Source: Parcubacteria group bacterium M10-OD1-1 (GTDB taxonomy: Bacteria; Patescibacteriota; Minisyncoccia; Moranbacterales; UBA2206). Taken from it: 64,000 bases of DNA. Each line of letters begins with the position of its first letter. The stretch's first letter is position 1. Location of the stretch: NCBI GenBank assembly GCA_003056145.1, contig LSNL01000005.1, positions 20,240-84,239 on the forward strand, written 5' to 3'. Shown here piece by piece: positions 30,179-39,809 of the stretch. Below the pieces are notes generated by a model that was not told where the DNA came from, ran no database searches, and worked only from the letters and a program-made list of their open reading frames with translations. Made by a program: the position numbers and the translations under genes.

Positions 30179-31630
30179 TTATTTACTTAATAAATAATTA
30201 TCATTCTGAGTATCTTTGATTTTATAGCCAGCTTTGATTATTTCTTCTCGAATTTTATCAGCTTTAGTGAATTTTTTATTTTTTTTAAATTTTTTTCGTT
30301 GTTCAGCTAAATCTATTATCGCTGAAGGAAAAAGATTATTTTTTAAGGACAAGCTAGTAGAAATATAATTAATTTTCAAACCCAAGACTTTATTTATTTT
30401 TTCCCAAAAACTTAAAATAGCTTCAACCTGAGTCTTTTTTAATTTTCCTTCGGTTAAAGATTTATTAGTAACAGTGATTAATTTATAAACTATCGCCAAA
30501 GCTAAGGGAGTATTGAAATCATCATCCATTGCTTTTTGAAATTTTTCTTGATAGTTTTCCATGATTAAAGAAAAACTTTCTTTAATATCATCAGATTGAT
30601 TATTTTCTCTTTTGGCTGCTAAGTTTTCCAACCATTTTTTTAGCCGGTTTAAATTACTTTGAGCTTGTTCTAATGATTTAGATGTATAATTAATAGGATT
30701 TCTGTATTGAGAACTTAAAATCCAAAGACGAATAACGGCTGGATCATATTTTTTCAAGGAATCTTTAATGGTAGTAAAATTACCTAAAGATTTACTCATT
30801 TTTACTCCATTAACATTAACCATATTCCAAAGTGTCCAATAATTTGCCATCTTTTTTTCTAAATAAGCTTCGCTTTGAGCAATTTCATTTTCGTTATGTG
30901 GAAAAATATTTTCATTACCTCCGCCATGAATATCAAAAGTATCTTGACCCAAAAGATCACAAGACATTACCGAACATTCAATATGCCAACCTGGATAACC
31001 AAGACTCCAAGGACTATCCCATTTTAAAATATGCCCTTGGGAAGCTTTAATCCAAAGAGCAAAGTCTAGAGGATTTGTTTTTTCAGAATTGATGTCAATT
31101 CGAGAGCCAGCCACCAAATCTTTCGTTTTTCGTCCAGATAATTTTCCATATTCAGGAAATTTTTCTACTGAGAAATAAACTGAACCATTAACTTCGTAAG
31201 CTATCCCCTTAATAATAAGCTCTTCAATAAATTTTATAATTTGAGCTATATAACTAGTTGGTCGTGGATTGAAAGTGGCTGGCTTAATATTTAAAGCGGT
31301 AAAATCTTCTTGGCAGGATTGAATATATTTTTGAACTACAGCTAAAGGATCTATTTTTTCAGCTTGAGCTTTTTTTTGAATTTTATCTTCACCTTGTTCA
31401 GCATCATTAACTAAATGTCCAACATCTGTATAATTCATTATAAAACGAACCTCGTAGCCTAGATATTCTAAATATTTTCTTATTATATCCATTGATACAT
31501 AACCTCTCCCGTGTCCTAAATGGCAATGATCATAAACAGTAGGGCCGCAAACATACATATTAATCTTACCAGGGTGAATAGAATGGAATTTTTCTTTCTT
31601 TTTTGTCAAAGCATTGTAAATTTCTAACAT
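30179..31630 (-). CDS. cysS: Cysteinyl-tRNA synthetase
   Basis: HIGH motif (CHLGHGRGY), KMSKS, zinc-binding Cys residues; the true start is probably the internal Met (MLEIYNAL...) at 31630 rather than the longest ORF start at 31717, which would overlap the upstream corA-like gene. Confidence 0.9.
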   Translation of the reverse strand: MLEIYNALTKKKEKFHSIHPGKINMYVCGPTVYDHCHLGHGRGYVSMDIIRKYLEYLGYEVRFIMNYTDVGHLVNDAEQGEDKIQKKAQAEKIDPLAVVQKYIQSCQEDFTALNIKPATFNPRPTSYIAQIIKFIEELIIKGIAYEVNGSVYFSVEKFPEYGKLSGRKTKDLVAGSRIDINSEKTNPLDFALWIKASQGHILKWDSPWSLGYPGWHIECSVMSCDLLGQDTFDIHGGGNENIFPHNENEIAQSEAYLEKKMANYWTLWNMVNVNGVKMSKSLGNFTTIKDSLKKYDPAVIRLWILSSQYRNPINYTSKSLEQAQSNLNRLKKWLENLAAKRENNQSDDIKESFSLIMENYQEKFQKAMDDDFNTPLALAIVYKLITVTNKSLTEGKLKKTQVEAILSFWEKINKVLGLKINYISTSLSLKNNLFPSAIIDLAEQRKKFKKNKKFTKADKIREEIIKAGYKIKDTQNDNYLLSK

Positions 31631-31634
31631 ATAA

Positions 31635-32543
31635 TTAAATCCATTTTTTAAATTTAAAAATTGAGATAGTAAGCAGGGAAATAACAAACATAATAGAAAG
31701 ATGAATCCAAAACGCATTTGGATTTTTCCCGAAAGGAATGTCAGCGCTCATAGCTAAAGTATTGGAATAAACTGTCATCGGAAGCATTACAGCCGAAAAA
31801 ATAGTCAATACCTTCATAGTCAGATTTAATTTATTGGACAATAAAGAATTATTGGTTTTTTCTAAGGATTCTACGGTTTCTTTGGCACTTTCTAAATTAT
31901 TCCAAATCCTAATATTAGTTCCAATTAAATCTTGATAATAAGGCTTTAAAGTTGGTTCTATAAATTTAAAATTTTTCTGAGCTAGTGATTCTAAAACAGA
32001 GCGTTGCGGTTTCATTGTTCGGCGAAAATTTAGAATATCTCTTTTAACTAAAGAAATCTCTCTCACCATTTCTTTTTCGTGTTCAGCAAAAATCTCATCT
32101 TCAATATAGTCTAATTTTTTATCAACATGATCTAATTTAGGAAAACAAGTTTCTAATAACATTTCTAACATATAGCGTAATAAAGCTCCGGGCGATTGTC
32201 GCATATAAAAATCTCTTCGTTTTTCATCTGATTTTAGAGTATTAAAAAAGTTGTCTAATTGATAAATATCCTTATCGTGAGAAGTAATTAAAGTGTCTTT
32301 TGTAATTACAATATCAATTTCTCCAGCGTAGGTAGTTTTATTTTCTGTATCAAACAAAGGGATATGAACTGATAAAAAGAGACAGTTGTCATATTCTGTA
32401 GCTTTTGGTCTTAAAGTAGGAGTAGAGAATTCTTCAACAACCAAAGGATGAAGATTAAATCTTTTCTTAATAGCTAAAATATCATCTGCATTGGGCTCTT
32501 TAAAATAAATCCAATTGATATTATGATGTTCTATTATTTGCAT
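31635..32543 (-). CDS. CorA-family divalent cation transporter-like protein with non-canonical signature motif
   Basis: CorA-like cytoplasmic domain plus two C-terminal TM helices; the position of the canonical YGMNF motif reads YSNTL. Confidence 0.7.
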   Translation of the reverse strand: MQIIEHHNINWIYFKEPNADDILAIKKRFNLHPLVVEEFSTPTLRPKATEYDNCLFLSVHIPLFDTENKTTYAGEIDIVITKDTLITSHDKDIYQLDNFFNTLKSDEKRRDFYMRQSPGALLRYMLEMLLETCFPKLDHVDKKLDYIEDEIFAEHEKEMVREISLVKRDILNFRRTMKPQRSVLESLAQKNFKFIEPTLKPYYQDLIGTNIRIWNNLESAKETVESLEKTNNSLLSNKLNLTMKVLTIFSAVMLPMTVYSNTLAMSADIPFGKNPNAFWIHLSIMFVISLLTISIFKFKKWI

Positions 32544-32629
32544 AATTTTTAAATTAATTTCAACTTAACTATAGTATATCAGTATTATTTTAGATTGACA
32601 AAAAACTAGCCAAGGAGTTAAATTGAGGT

Positions 32630-32869
32630 ATGAAAAAAATTATTTTATTACTGATAAAACTTTATCAAAAAACTTTATCTACTGATCATGGTTGGATGTC
32701 TTATTTAGTTTCAGAAAGGACCTGTCGCTTTTATCCTAGCTGTAGTCAGTATACTTACGAATCAATTACCCGTTTTGGAGTAGTTAAGGGAGGTTGGCTA
32801 GGATTTAAAAGAATTATTAGATGTCACCCTTGGAATGATGGCGGTTATGACCCAGTTCCTAAAAAATAA
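32630..32869 (+). CDS. yidD: Membrane protein insertion efficiency factor YidD
   Basis: [15 protein letters not shown]...[14 protein letters not shown] signature. Confidence 0.85.
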   Translation: MKKIILLLIKLYQKTLSTDHGWMSYLVSERTCRFYPSCSQYTYESITRFGVVKGGWLGFKRIIRCHPWNDGGYDPVPKK

Positions 32870-33019
32870 ACCAGCCTACTTAATAGCAAAGTTTAACCTT
32901 TAAAATAATGAAAATCGTTACGCTATTTTAAAGTTGCTAAATTATTAAATAGTCGCTAAGCTAAAGATAGCTAAAATAAAAAGGTAGTCATAATAAATTT
33001 AAAAAGTTTAACTTAAGAT

Positions 33020-33973
33020 ATGTTAACTGATGAAGCTAGAATCAAAGTTAGAGCCGGTAATGGAGGTAATGGAGTTGTAGCGTTTGATAAAATAAAAATG
33101 AGTCTCGGTCCAACTGGAGGACGAGGAGGAAATGGAGGGAATATCTATTTTGAGGGAGTTTCTGATATTTTTGCCTTGAGGAGATATCGCCATCAAAAGA
33201 AATATTTAGGGAGAAGAGGGCAAGATGGCAAAGGTAATAAGTCAGATGGATTAAGTGGTGAAGATTTAATTTTGACAGTACCTATTGGCACTACTATTCA
33301 TAATTTAACCACTAATAAAAATCTTGAAATTGTAGAAGTTGGTCAAAGAATTCTAATTGCCAAGGGGGGTGTTGGCGGAAGAGGAAATTTTTATTTTCGA
33401 TCTTCTACCAATACTACTCCGCGTGAGCATGAAGAAGGAAGATCAGGAGAGGAAGTTGAGCTTTATTTAGAGCTTAAGCTGATTGCTGAAATTGGATTAA
33501 TTGGTCTCCCTAGTGCTGGAAAATCTTCTTTGCTAAATGAATTAACTGCAGCTAATGTTAAAGTTGGTGCTTATCATTTTACTACTTTAGAACCAAACTT
33601 AGGAGTAATGGATAATATTATTTTAGCTGACATACCAGGTTTAATAGAAGGAGCTTCCAAAGGTAGAGGACTAGGAACTAAATTTCTTCGCCATATTCAA
33701 AGAACTAAAATCTTAGCTCATTGCATTTCTCTTGAATCAGCTGATTTAAAACATGATTATCAAATAATTAGAAAAGAATTAGAAAATTATAGCCAAATAC
33801 TAGCTCAAAAGAAGGAGATAATTATTTTAACTAAAAGCGATCTTGTTTCTTCAGAGGATATAAAGAAAAAAATGGCTAACTTTCCAATCGAGAAAGAAAT
33901 TTTAATTGCTTCAATTCATGATTTAAGTTCTATTATTCAATTACAATCCAAATTTAAAGAATTATTGCATTAG
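33020..33973 (+). CDS. obg: GTPase Obg (short form lacking the C-terminal TGS/Obg-CT domain)
   Basis: Gly-rich Obg fold (GNGGNGVVAF, GGRGGNGGN) and G1-G4 GTPase motifs (GLPSAGKSS, DIPG, TKSD). Confidence 0.9.
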   Translation: MLTDEARIKVRAGNGGNGVVAFDKIKMSLGPTGGRGGNGGNIYFEGVSDIFALRRYRHQKKYLGRRGQDGKGNKSDGLSGEDLILTVPIGTTIHNLTTNKNLEIVEVGQRILIAKGGVGGRGNFYFRSSTNTTPREHEEGRSGEEVELYLELKLIAEIGLIGLPSAGKSSLLNELTAANVKVGAYHFTTLEPNLGVMDNIILADIPGLIEGASKGRGLGTKFLRHIQRTKILAHCISLESADLKHDYQIIRKELENYSQILAQKKEIIILTKSDLVSSEDIKKKMANFPIEKEILIASIHDLSSIIQLQSKFKELLH

Positions 33974-34058
33974 CTTTTAATAGATGATATATTGACATTA
34001 TAGTAAACGAAAAAGAGATTAAGCAAACTAAAGAAATATTAAATAATCAGATTTCACA

Positions 34059-34289
34059 ATGGAACATTTTAGCTTAGAACTAGTAATTATTATAATAGTC
34101 CTCTGGACACTACCGTGGAAAGGAATTGCTCTTTGGAAGGCAGCTCGTTCAGGAGATAACGTTTGGTTTGTAGTACTGCTAGTTTTAAACACTTTGGCAA
34201 TTTTAGAAATTTCATATATTTTCTTCTTTTCTCGAAAAAGAAAGAAGTTAATTTCTAATCCAAGAATCAATCCAAACGAACTAAAGTAA
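34059..34289 (+). CDS. Small 2-TM membrane protein, unknown function
   Basis: 76 aa, two hydrophobic helices. Confidence 0.4.
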   Translation: MEHFSLELVIIIIVLWTLPWKGIALWKAARSGDNVWFVVLLVLNTLAILEISYIFFFSRKRKKLISNPRINPNELK

Positions 34290-34303
34290 TCTAACTAAAT
34301 TTT

Positions 34304-34999
34304 ATGTATTGGATTTTTTTAGCTATTTTTATTATTACTGTTTTTATTCCTGATATAATTCAAGGACCAATTTTATTTTTATCTGAGACTAGAGCAGAAG
34401 AATTGGCAATTTTTTTAATGGGAGTTATTGCTATTTTAGTTTTTGTAAAAAATGAGCGCCAATTATTAATTCACAAAAAGGAAAAAGAAAAAGATCGGAA
34501 AAAAATTAGCCAAACAGTTAAAGATTTGGTAAACTCATATAGTTATATTGGAGAAGTAAATCGAAAAATGGATTTATTGATGAGCATTGCTCTAGGTTTA
34601 TCAGAACGCTCAGTTTTAAATCAATTCAAAGAAGAAGAAATTTATCAGTCAATAGTAACGGCCACTAAATTTTTATTAAAAGCTGATTTCTCAACACTGC
34701 GTTTTGTTAATACTGAAAATTTAAATACAGAGAAAGAAATTAAGATGGAGGAGGAGAATATCAAAATAAAAAATAAGAAATTAATTAAACTTACTACTGA
34801 AACAAACACTGAAAAGGCTGAAAATTGTTTAATAATTTCTTCTAGCCAGCAGTTAAATAAAATAAAAAGTTATTTGTTAGTTTGCGGATATAGCAAAGAT
34901 GAAGAACAAAATCCTAAAAATATTGAAATATTAAAAGTTTTTGTTTCTCAAGCTTTGTTTTTGTATTCTTATACTAGACAATGTAAAATAAATAAATAA
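34304..34999 (+). CDS. Hypothetical membrane protein (2 N-terminal TM helices + soluble domain)
   Basis: ORF with N-terminal hydrophobic helices; no recognized motif. Confidence 0.4.
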   Translation: MYWIFLAIFIITVFIPDIIQGPILFLSETRAEELAIFLMGVIAILVFVKNERQLLIHKKEKEKDRKKISQTVKDLVNSYSYIGEVNRKMDLLMSIALGLSERSVLNQFKEEEIYQSIVTATKFLLKADFSTLRFVNTENLNTEKEIKMEEENIKIKNKKLIKLTTETNTEKAENCLIISSSQQLNKIKSYLLVCGYSKDEEQNPKNIEILKVFVSQALFLYSYTRQCKINK

Positions 35000-35044
35000 T
35001 TTAATTTAATTTAATTTTCCTCAATTTTGAGGTTATCCAAATAT

Positions 35045-35320
35045 ATGAAGAAAGAAAATGTAAAACCATTAGGCGAAAATATTTTAGTTGAAGTCGTTAA
35101 AGAAAGTAATAAGACAGAGTCTGGCATTGTTTTGCCAGAAGATACTAATCAAGAAAAACCTCAAAAAGGTAAAGTTATAGCTATTGGTGAAAGTGAAAAG
35201 ATAAGAGTGAAAAAAAATCAAAAAGTTATTTTTACTAAATATGCTGGAACAGAGATAAAAATTAATAAACAAGCATTATTAATTTTGAAAAATGAAGATA
35301 TTTTGGCTACCATTGAATAA
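35045..35320 (+). CDS. groES: Co-chaperonin GroES
   Basis: VKPLGENILVEV...GKVIAIGE...FTKYAGTEI are classic Cpn10 motifs; RBS gagg 10 nt upstream of ATG at 35045 (the longest ORF starts at 35027). Confidence 0.85.
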   Translation: MKKENVKPLGENILVEVVKESNKTESGIVLPEDTNQEKPQKGKVIAIGESEKIRVKKNQKVIFTKYAGTEIKINKQALLILKNEDILATIE

Positions 35321-35346
35321 AACATTTCACCTAGCTAGAATTTAAA

Positions 35347-35388
35347 AAAAACAGTTTCTAAAATAAAATTAAAAACTGTTTTTTTTAT
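35347..35388. terminator. Bidirectional rho-independent terminator (aaaacagttt ... aaactgtttt + T8)
   Basis: 10-bp stem with A-run and T-run on both sides, between groES(+) and the rhodanese gene(-). Confidence 0.5.
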
Positions 35389-35401
35389 TCTTTGCTAATA
35401 G

Positions 35402-36241
35402 TTATTTTACAAGAGCGAAGTCTTTGGTTTTCCAAGCACTTAAACCATCCGAAAGGGCATAAACATTAAAAAATCCCATGTCAAATAACCTGACTGCCCC
35501 TTGAAAAGCTAACAATCCATTATCGTCGCAAAGAATAATTTTTTTATTTAAAGGAACTTTCTGATAATTATTTTCTAATTGATTTAGAGGAATATTGATA
35601 GCCATTTTTAAATGACCGGCTTGAAATTTTTTATTATCCCTCAAATCAATTATATAAAGATTTGATTGGTTATTTTGATTAATTAATTTATTTAAAGCAT
35701 CACTTTTGATGTAGGTTACTTTTGATTGATCAACCATAGAGTAAGGGTCTCCATATGATATAGTAGGATTAAAATTTTCTTTCCAACCTGAAAATCCACC
35801 CTCCAAATAAGCAACCTGCTTAAATCCTTCTTGAGAAAGAAATCCTAAAACTTTAATTTCCTTAGCCGTTAATCCCAAATTATCTATTAAAACGTAGTAC
35901 TTACTAGGATTAAATCTAATGCTTTCAGCTGTTAAATTAGTTACAGATAAATTATTAGAATTTAGGAGATGTTCTTTTTGAAAGCTAGCTTTAGTTCTTA
36001 AGTCCAAAAGAACAATGTTTTCTTTATTGTTTATTCTTTTTAATAATTCATCTGAGGTAAGACCTTGATACTGATTATCTTTTTTTTCTTGAGCTAATAT
36101 TTTTTTCTGCGTTACAGTAGTAGCTTCATTTTTTATCCAGAAAGATTTTACAATAAAAATAATAACAATGATAAGTATCAAAAAAAAACCAATTAAAATA
36201 GCTGTTAAATTTTCTTTTGTTTGTTTGTTTGTTTGTGTCAT
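35402..36241 (-). CDS. Membrane-anchored tandem rhodanese-domain sulfurtransferase-like protein
   Basis: N-terminal TM helix, two rhodanese-like domains, candidate active-site Cys (ILCDDNGLLA). Confidence 0.65.
   Translation of the reverse strand: MTQTNKQTKENLTAILIGFFLILIIVIIFIVKSFWIKNEATTVTQKKILAQEKKDNQYQGLTSDELLKRINNKENIVLLDLRTKASFQKEHLLNSNNLSVTNLTAESIRFNPSKYYVLIDNLGLTAKEIKVLGFLSQEGFKQVAYLEGGFSGWKENFNPTISYGDPYSMVDQSKVTYIKSDALNKLINQNNQSNLYIIDLRDNKKFQAGHLKMAINIPLNQLENNYQKVPLNKKIILCDDNGLLAFQGAVRLFDMGFFNVYALSDGLSAWKTKDFALVK
36216..36235. repeat. Tetranucleotide microsatellite (TTTG)5, (CAAA)5 on the coding strand, at codons 2-8 of the rhodanese gene
   Basis: Read directly from the sequence; encodes TNKQTK. 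Confidence 0.8.
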
Positions 36242-36250
36242 TGAAAAGAT

Positions 36251-37186
36251 TTATTTCAAAATACTACCGACAAAATCTGGGCAACCATTGATAAATTCAT
36301 TAATAGTAATTGTATTTTTACCTTCTAATTGAACTTCTTCTAAGATAATATATCCACCTGAAGCATAGACAGCAATTTTTTCGTTTAATTTGAAAACTTC
36401 TCCAGTTTGATATTCTTTAATTAACTTTTCTTGACCGAGAGATATTTTAATTAGTTTTAGACGTAAATTATAACCATTCTTCTCTAAGTAAGAAAAAATT
36501 CCTGGCCAAAATATCAAAGCTTTAAATTTGTTATAAATTAAGCTAGCTTCTTCATTCCAAAAAATATGTCCATCTTCTTTCTCTATTAGTTGACAATAAG
36601 TAGATTTTTTTTCCTCTTGCTCTTGAGATTGAATTCTCCTTTCTACCCAAAGAGGAATAGTAATAACAAGCAACTGAGCAGAGATAGTCGCTAATTTTTT
36701 AGTAATAGTTAAATAATTATCTTCCGAACTTATTGTTATCTTTTTCTGAGTTAAAATAGCTCCTGTATCAATGCCTTTATCCATAACTATTATAGTAGCT
36801 CCTGTTTCTTTTTCTCCCTCTAGAATGGCATTTTGGATAGGGGAGGGACCTCGAAATTTAGGTAAAAGAGAAGCATGAACATTAAGACAATTAAAACCTG
36901 GTATTTCTAAAACTTCAATTGGCAATATTTTTCCATAAGCAGCTACAATAATAATATCTGGCTTTTGTTCTTTTAGCTCGGCAATGCTTTCCTCATTAAA
37001 AGATTTAGGTTCAAAAATTTTTAATTTATTTTTTTCAGCTATCTTTTTAACCGCTGATTTTGAAATTTTTTGTTGGCGACCAACTTTTTTATCTGGCTGA
37101 GTATAAACAGAAATTAAATTAAATTTATTTTCGATTAAATTTTCTAAAATCACTGAAGCAAAAGCCGAAGTACCCATAAAAATCAT
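36251..37186 (-). CDS. fmt: Methionyl-tRNA formyltransferase
   Basis: MIFMGTSAFA N-terminus, formyltransferase N- and C-terminal domains; likely start is the internal Met at 37186. Confidence 0.85.
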   Translation of the reverse strand: MIFMGTSAFASVILENLIENKFNLISVYTQPDKKVGRQQKISKSAVKKIAEKNKLKIFEPKSFNEESIAELKEQKPDIIIVAAYGKILPIEVLEIPGFNCLNVHASLLPKFRGPSPIQNAILEGEKETGATIIVMDKGIDTGAILTQKKITISSEDNYLTITKKLATISAQLLVITIPLWVERRIQSQEQEEKKSTYCQLIEKEDGHIFWNEEASLIYNKFKALIFWPGIFSYLEKNGYNLRLKLIKISLGQEKLIKEYQTGEVFKLNEKIAVYASGGYIILEEVQLEGKNTITINEFINGCPDFVGSILK

Positions 37187-37232
37187 CCTTAATTTAATCA
37201 CTTTTTTAACCATAAGTTATTTTAGTAGTTAT

Positions 37233-37691
37233 TTATTTTTTAGTTTTTACCTCTTTATCAATAAAAAGTATTCCTTCTAAGTGATCTATTTCGTGTTGTA
37301 AAGCTCTAGCTAATAGACCGTCTGCTTTGATAATTATTTTTTCTCCCTTTCTGTCTAAGGCTTGTATAGTAACTTTTTTTGATCGTTTAATGGGTATAAA
37401 TTTTTCTGGAAAAGATAAGCAACCTTCTTCAGCTATTCCTTTAATCCAAGAGTGAGATTTAATTTGAGGATTAATTAGAATATGAGTCACTCCATCTAAC
37501 TTAGCAATACAAAGTCTGACTGATTTTCCAACTTGAGGTGCTGCCAATCCTAACGCATTACCATTGTCTTCCATAGTTTCTAGCATATCAAAAATAAGTT
37601 CTTGAATTTCAGAGCTTTGAGAGTCTTCAATTATTTTAGTTTTTTGTCGGAGAAGATTATTAGGATATTTTAATATTTCCAAGATAGCCAT
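37233..37691 (-). CDS. def: Peptide deformylase
   Basis: GLAAPQVG, EGCLSFP, HEIDHLEG motifs. Confidence 0.9.
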   Translation of the reverse strand: MAILEILKYPNNLLRQKTKIIEDSQSSEIQELIFDMLETMEDNGNALGLAAPQVGKSVRLCIAKLDGVTHILINPQIKSHSWIKGIAEEGCLSFPEKFIPIKRSKKVTIQALDRKGEKIIIKADGLLARALQHEIDHLEGILFIDKEVKTKK

Positions 37692-37721
37692 TTTATTTGT
37701 TATTTTTTAAAAACTAATTAG

Positions 37722-39740
37722 TTAAATAGTAGAAATAGGATCAACATCGATTATCCATCCAGAGTCTAATTTTTTTAATTCTTTAATTAATTTTAGGGGA
37801 AGATTTTGACTGGGTATTTTTATAATAAGCTGTTTTCTAAATTTTCCTCTTACTCTAGGCACTAAAGGATCTATCGGTTCGGTTATTTCTAAATTAACAA
37901 GCTTATTTAAAATTTGGAAAACTTTTTCTGTTTCCTCTTCGACCTTTTTTTGATTTAAAGATTGAAAAATAAGTTTGATAATCTTTCCAAATGGAGGTAA
38001 TTTAAAAATCTTTCGTTCTTGGATAGCTTCTTCCCAAAATTGCTGATAATTTTTTTCTGAAGCTAATTGAATAACTCTATTTTCAGGATGAAAGGATTGG
38101 ATGATAGCCACTCCTGGATATTTAGCTTTCGGTCGATTAACCCTGCCAATAACTTGGACAATATTTTGAAAAGCTCTTTCTTCAGCAGAAAAATCAGGAA
38201 AAGATAATAAGTTATCTGTATCTATTATACCAACCAATGAAACTTGAGGCAAATCCCATCCCTTAGAAATCATTTGAGTGCCAATTAAAATATCTGCTTG
38301 TCCAGAAGAAAATTTTTGATATAGATTAGCTTGAAAATTATTTTTTTTTGCTAGATTAGAATCTGCCACTAAAACTTTAGCCGAAGGAAATAAATTATAA
38401 ATTTCTCTTTCTATCTTTTGAGTTCCTAATCCTATGTTTCTAAATTCTAAACTGTTGCATTTAGAACATTTAGGTAAAATATCTGACTTATACGAGCAAT
38501 GGGTACACTGATAGTCCCCGTTTTTTGTATAAATTAAAGCCCGATCACAATGAGGACAACTTAATAATGTTTTACAAATCTTACAAACAGAAAAATTGCT
38601 CATTCCTTGTCGATTGATGAAAAGAATAATCTGTTGTTTATTTTTTAAAGCATAAGCAATTTCACTTTGTAATTTTTTAGAAATAGGAGAATAGTTTTTT
38701 GTCCATTTTTCCTTTTTCATATCTATAATCGTTGTTTTGGTTGGATAATAACTAGCTTGAGGTATTTTTTGATTAAAAGGAAGCCTCAATAAAACAACTT
38801 TCTTCTGAGTACTTTTCCAATAACTTTCTAAATTTGGAGTAGCTGATCCACGAACTATTTTACATCGATGTAATTCAGCTAATTTTTCTGCTACTCTTCG
38901 AGCATCATAACGAGGATTCATATCCCATTGCTTATAAGATATGTCTTGTTCTTCATCAATAATTATAAGTCCGAGCTTTTTAAAAGGAGCAAAAACTGCC
39001 ATTCGTGTTCCAATAATAATTTTAGCTTGACCAGTTTTAATTTTTTGCCAATTAGTAAAATATTGACCTTTAGTTAGACTACTGCTACTTAAAGTAACAA
39101 TCTCTTCTAATGGAAAATATTCTCCATAGCGTTCTAAGGCTTGAGGAATAAGAGTTTTTTCAGGAATTAAAATTAAAAATTGTAATTTTTTGTTTTGAGT
39201 CAACATTTTTAGAATAGAGTGGATATAAACTTCTGTTTTTCCTGATGAGGCTGGACCGAATAGAAGAAAATTATTAGAAGACATTCTATTAACTCCTTCT
39301 CTCCTTATAATTTTATCTACTGATTCTAATTGTTCTTTAGTCAAAGTTATTTCTTTCGGATAAATTATTTTTGAATTTTTATTTAAAAGTTTTGTTTTTC
39401 GTTCTTTAGTTCTAGCGGGAATAAAATTTTTCATTACTATTCCCAAAGAAATGATATAATAATCAGCTATAAATTGAGCTAACTGAAGTTGTTTTTTAGT
39501 TAAAAAATCAATTTCTAAAAAAGAAGCTATTTTTTTTAGCTCAATACCACCTAACCTTTTAAAATCACTCCTACTTTTAATTACAATTCCTTCCACTTGT
39601 CTTTTGAAAAGAGGGATTGATACTAATGAACCACTAGCAATTTTTTTCTCAGCCAAGTAACAAAAGAATTGTTCCCTAGTTAAAGGAATTCTTGTTAAAG
39701 GAAGAACATCAAGAATAAATTTTTTCTTTAAAACTGGCAT
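37722..39740 (-). CDS. priA: Primosomal protein N' (PriA helicase)
   Basis: Walker A GPASSGKTEVY, DEEQD box, Cys-rich zinc-binding insertion (CKICKTLLSCPHC...CTHC...CSKC). Confidence 0.9.
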   Translation of the reverse strand: MPVLKKKFILDVLPLTRIPLTREQFFCYLAEKKIASGSLVSIPLFKRQVEGIVIKSRSDFKRLGGIELKKIASFLEIDFLTKKQLQLAQFIADYYIISLGIVMKNFIPARTKERKTKLLNKNSKIIYPKEITLTKEQLESVDKIIRREGVNRMSSNNFLLFGPASSGKTEVYIHSILKMLTQNKKLQFLILIPEKTLIPQALERYGEYFPLEEIVTLSSSSLTKGQYFTNWQKIKTGQAKIIIGTRMAVFAPFKKLGLIIIDEEQDISYKQWDMNPRYDARRVAEKLAELHRCKIVRGSATPNLESYWKSTQKKVVLLRLPFNQKIPQASYYPTKTTIIDMKKEKWTKNYSPISKKLQSEIAYALKNKQQIILFINRQGMSNFSVCKICKTLLSCPHCDRALIYTKNGDYQCTHCSYKSDILPKCSKCNSLEFRNIGLGTQKIEREIYNLFPSAKVLVADSNLAKKNNFQANLYQKFSSGQADILIGTQMISKGWDLPQVSLVGIIDTDNLLSFPDFSAEERAFQNIVQVIGRVNRPKAKYPGVAIIQSFHPENRVIQLASEKNYQQFWEEAIQERKIFKLPPFGKIIKLIFQSLNQKKVEEETEKVFQILNKLVNLEITEPIDPLVPRVRGKFRKQLIIKIPSQNLPLKLIKELKKLDSGWIIDVDPISTI

Positions 39741-39809
39741 ATTTTGATTGTATCAGCCAAAAGATTTTAAAGCAAAAAATTTGATTTCTACTGAAAAATA
39801 AAGTATCAT

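Noticed and set aside
30179-31717. Long N-terminal extension of cysS (start at 31717, MRFGFIFLLCLL...)
   Set aside because: The extension would overlap the upstream corA-like gene by 83 nt and is hydrophobic junk. The internal Met at 31630 gives a canonical CysRS N-terminus 4 nt after the corA stop.
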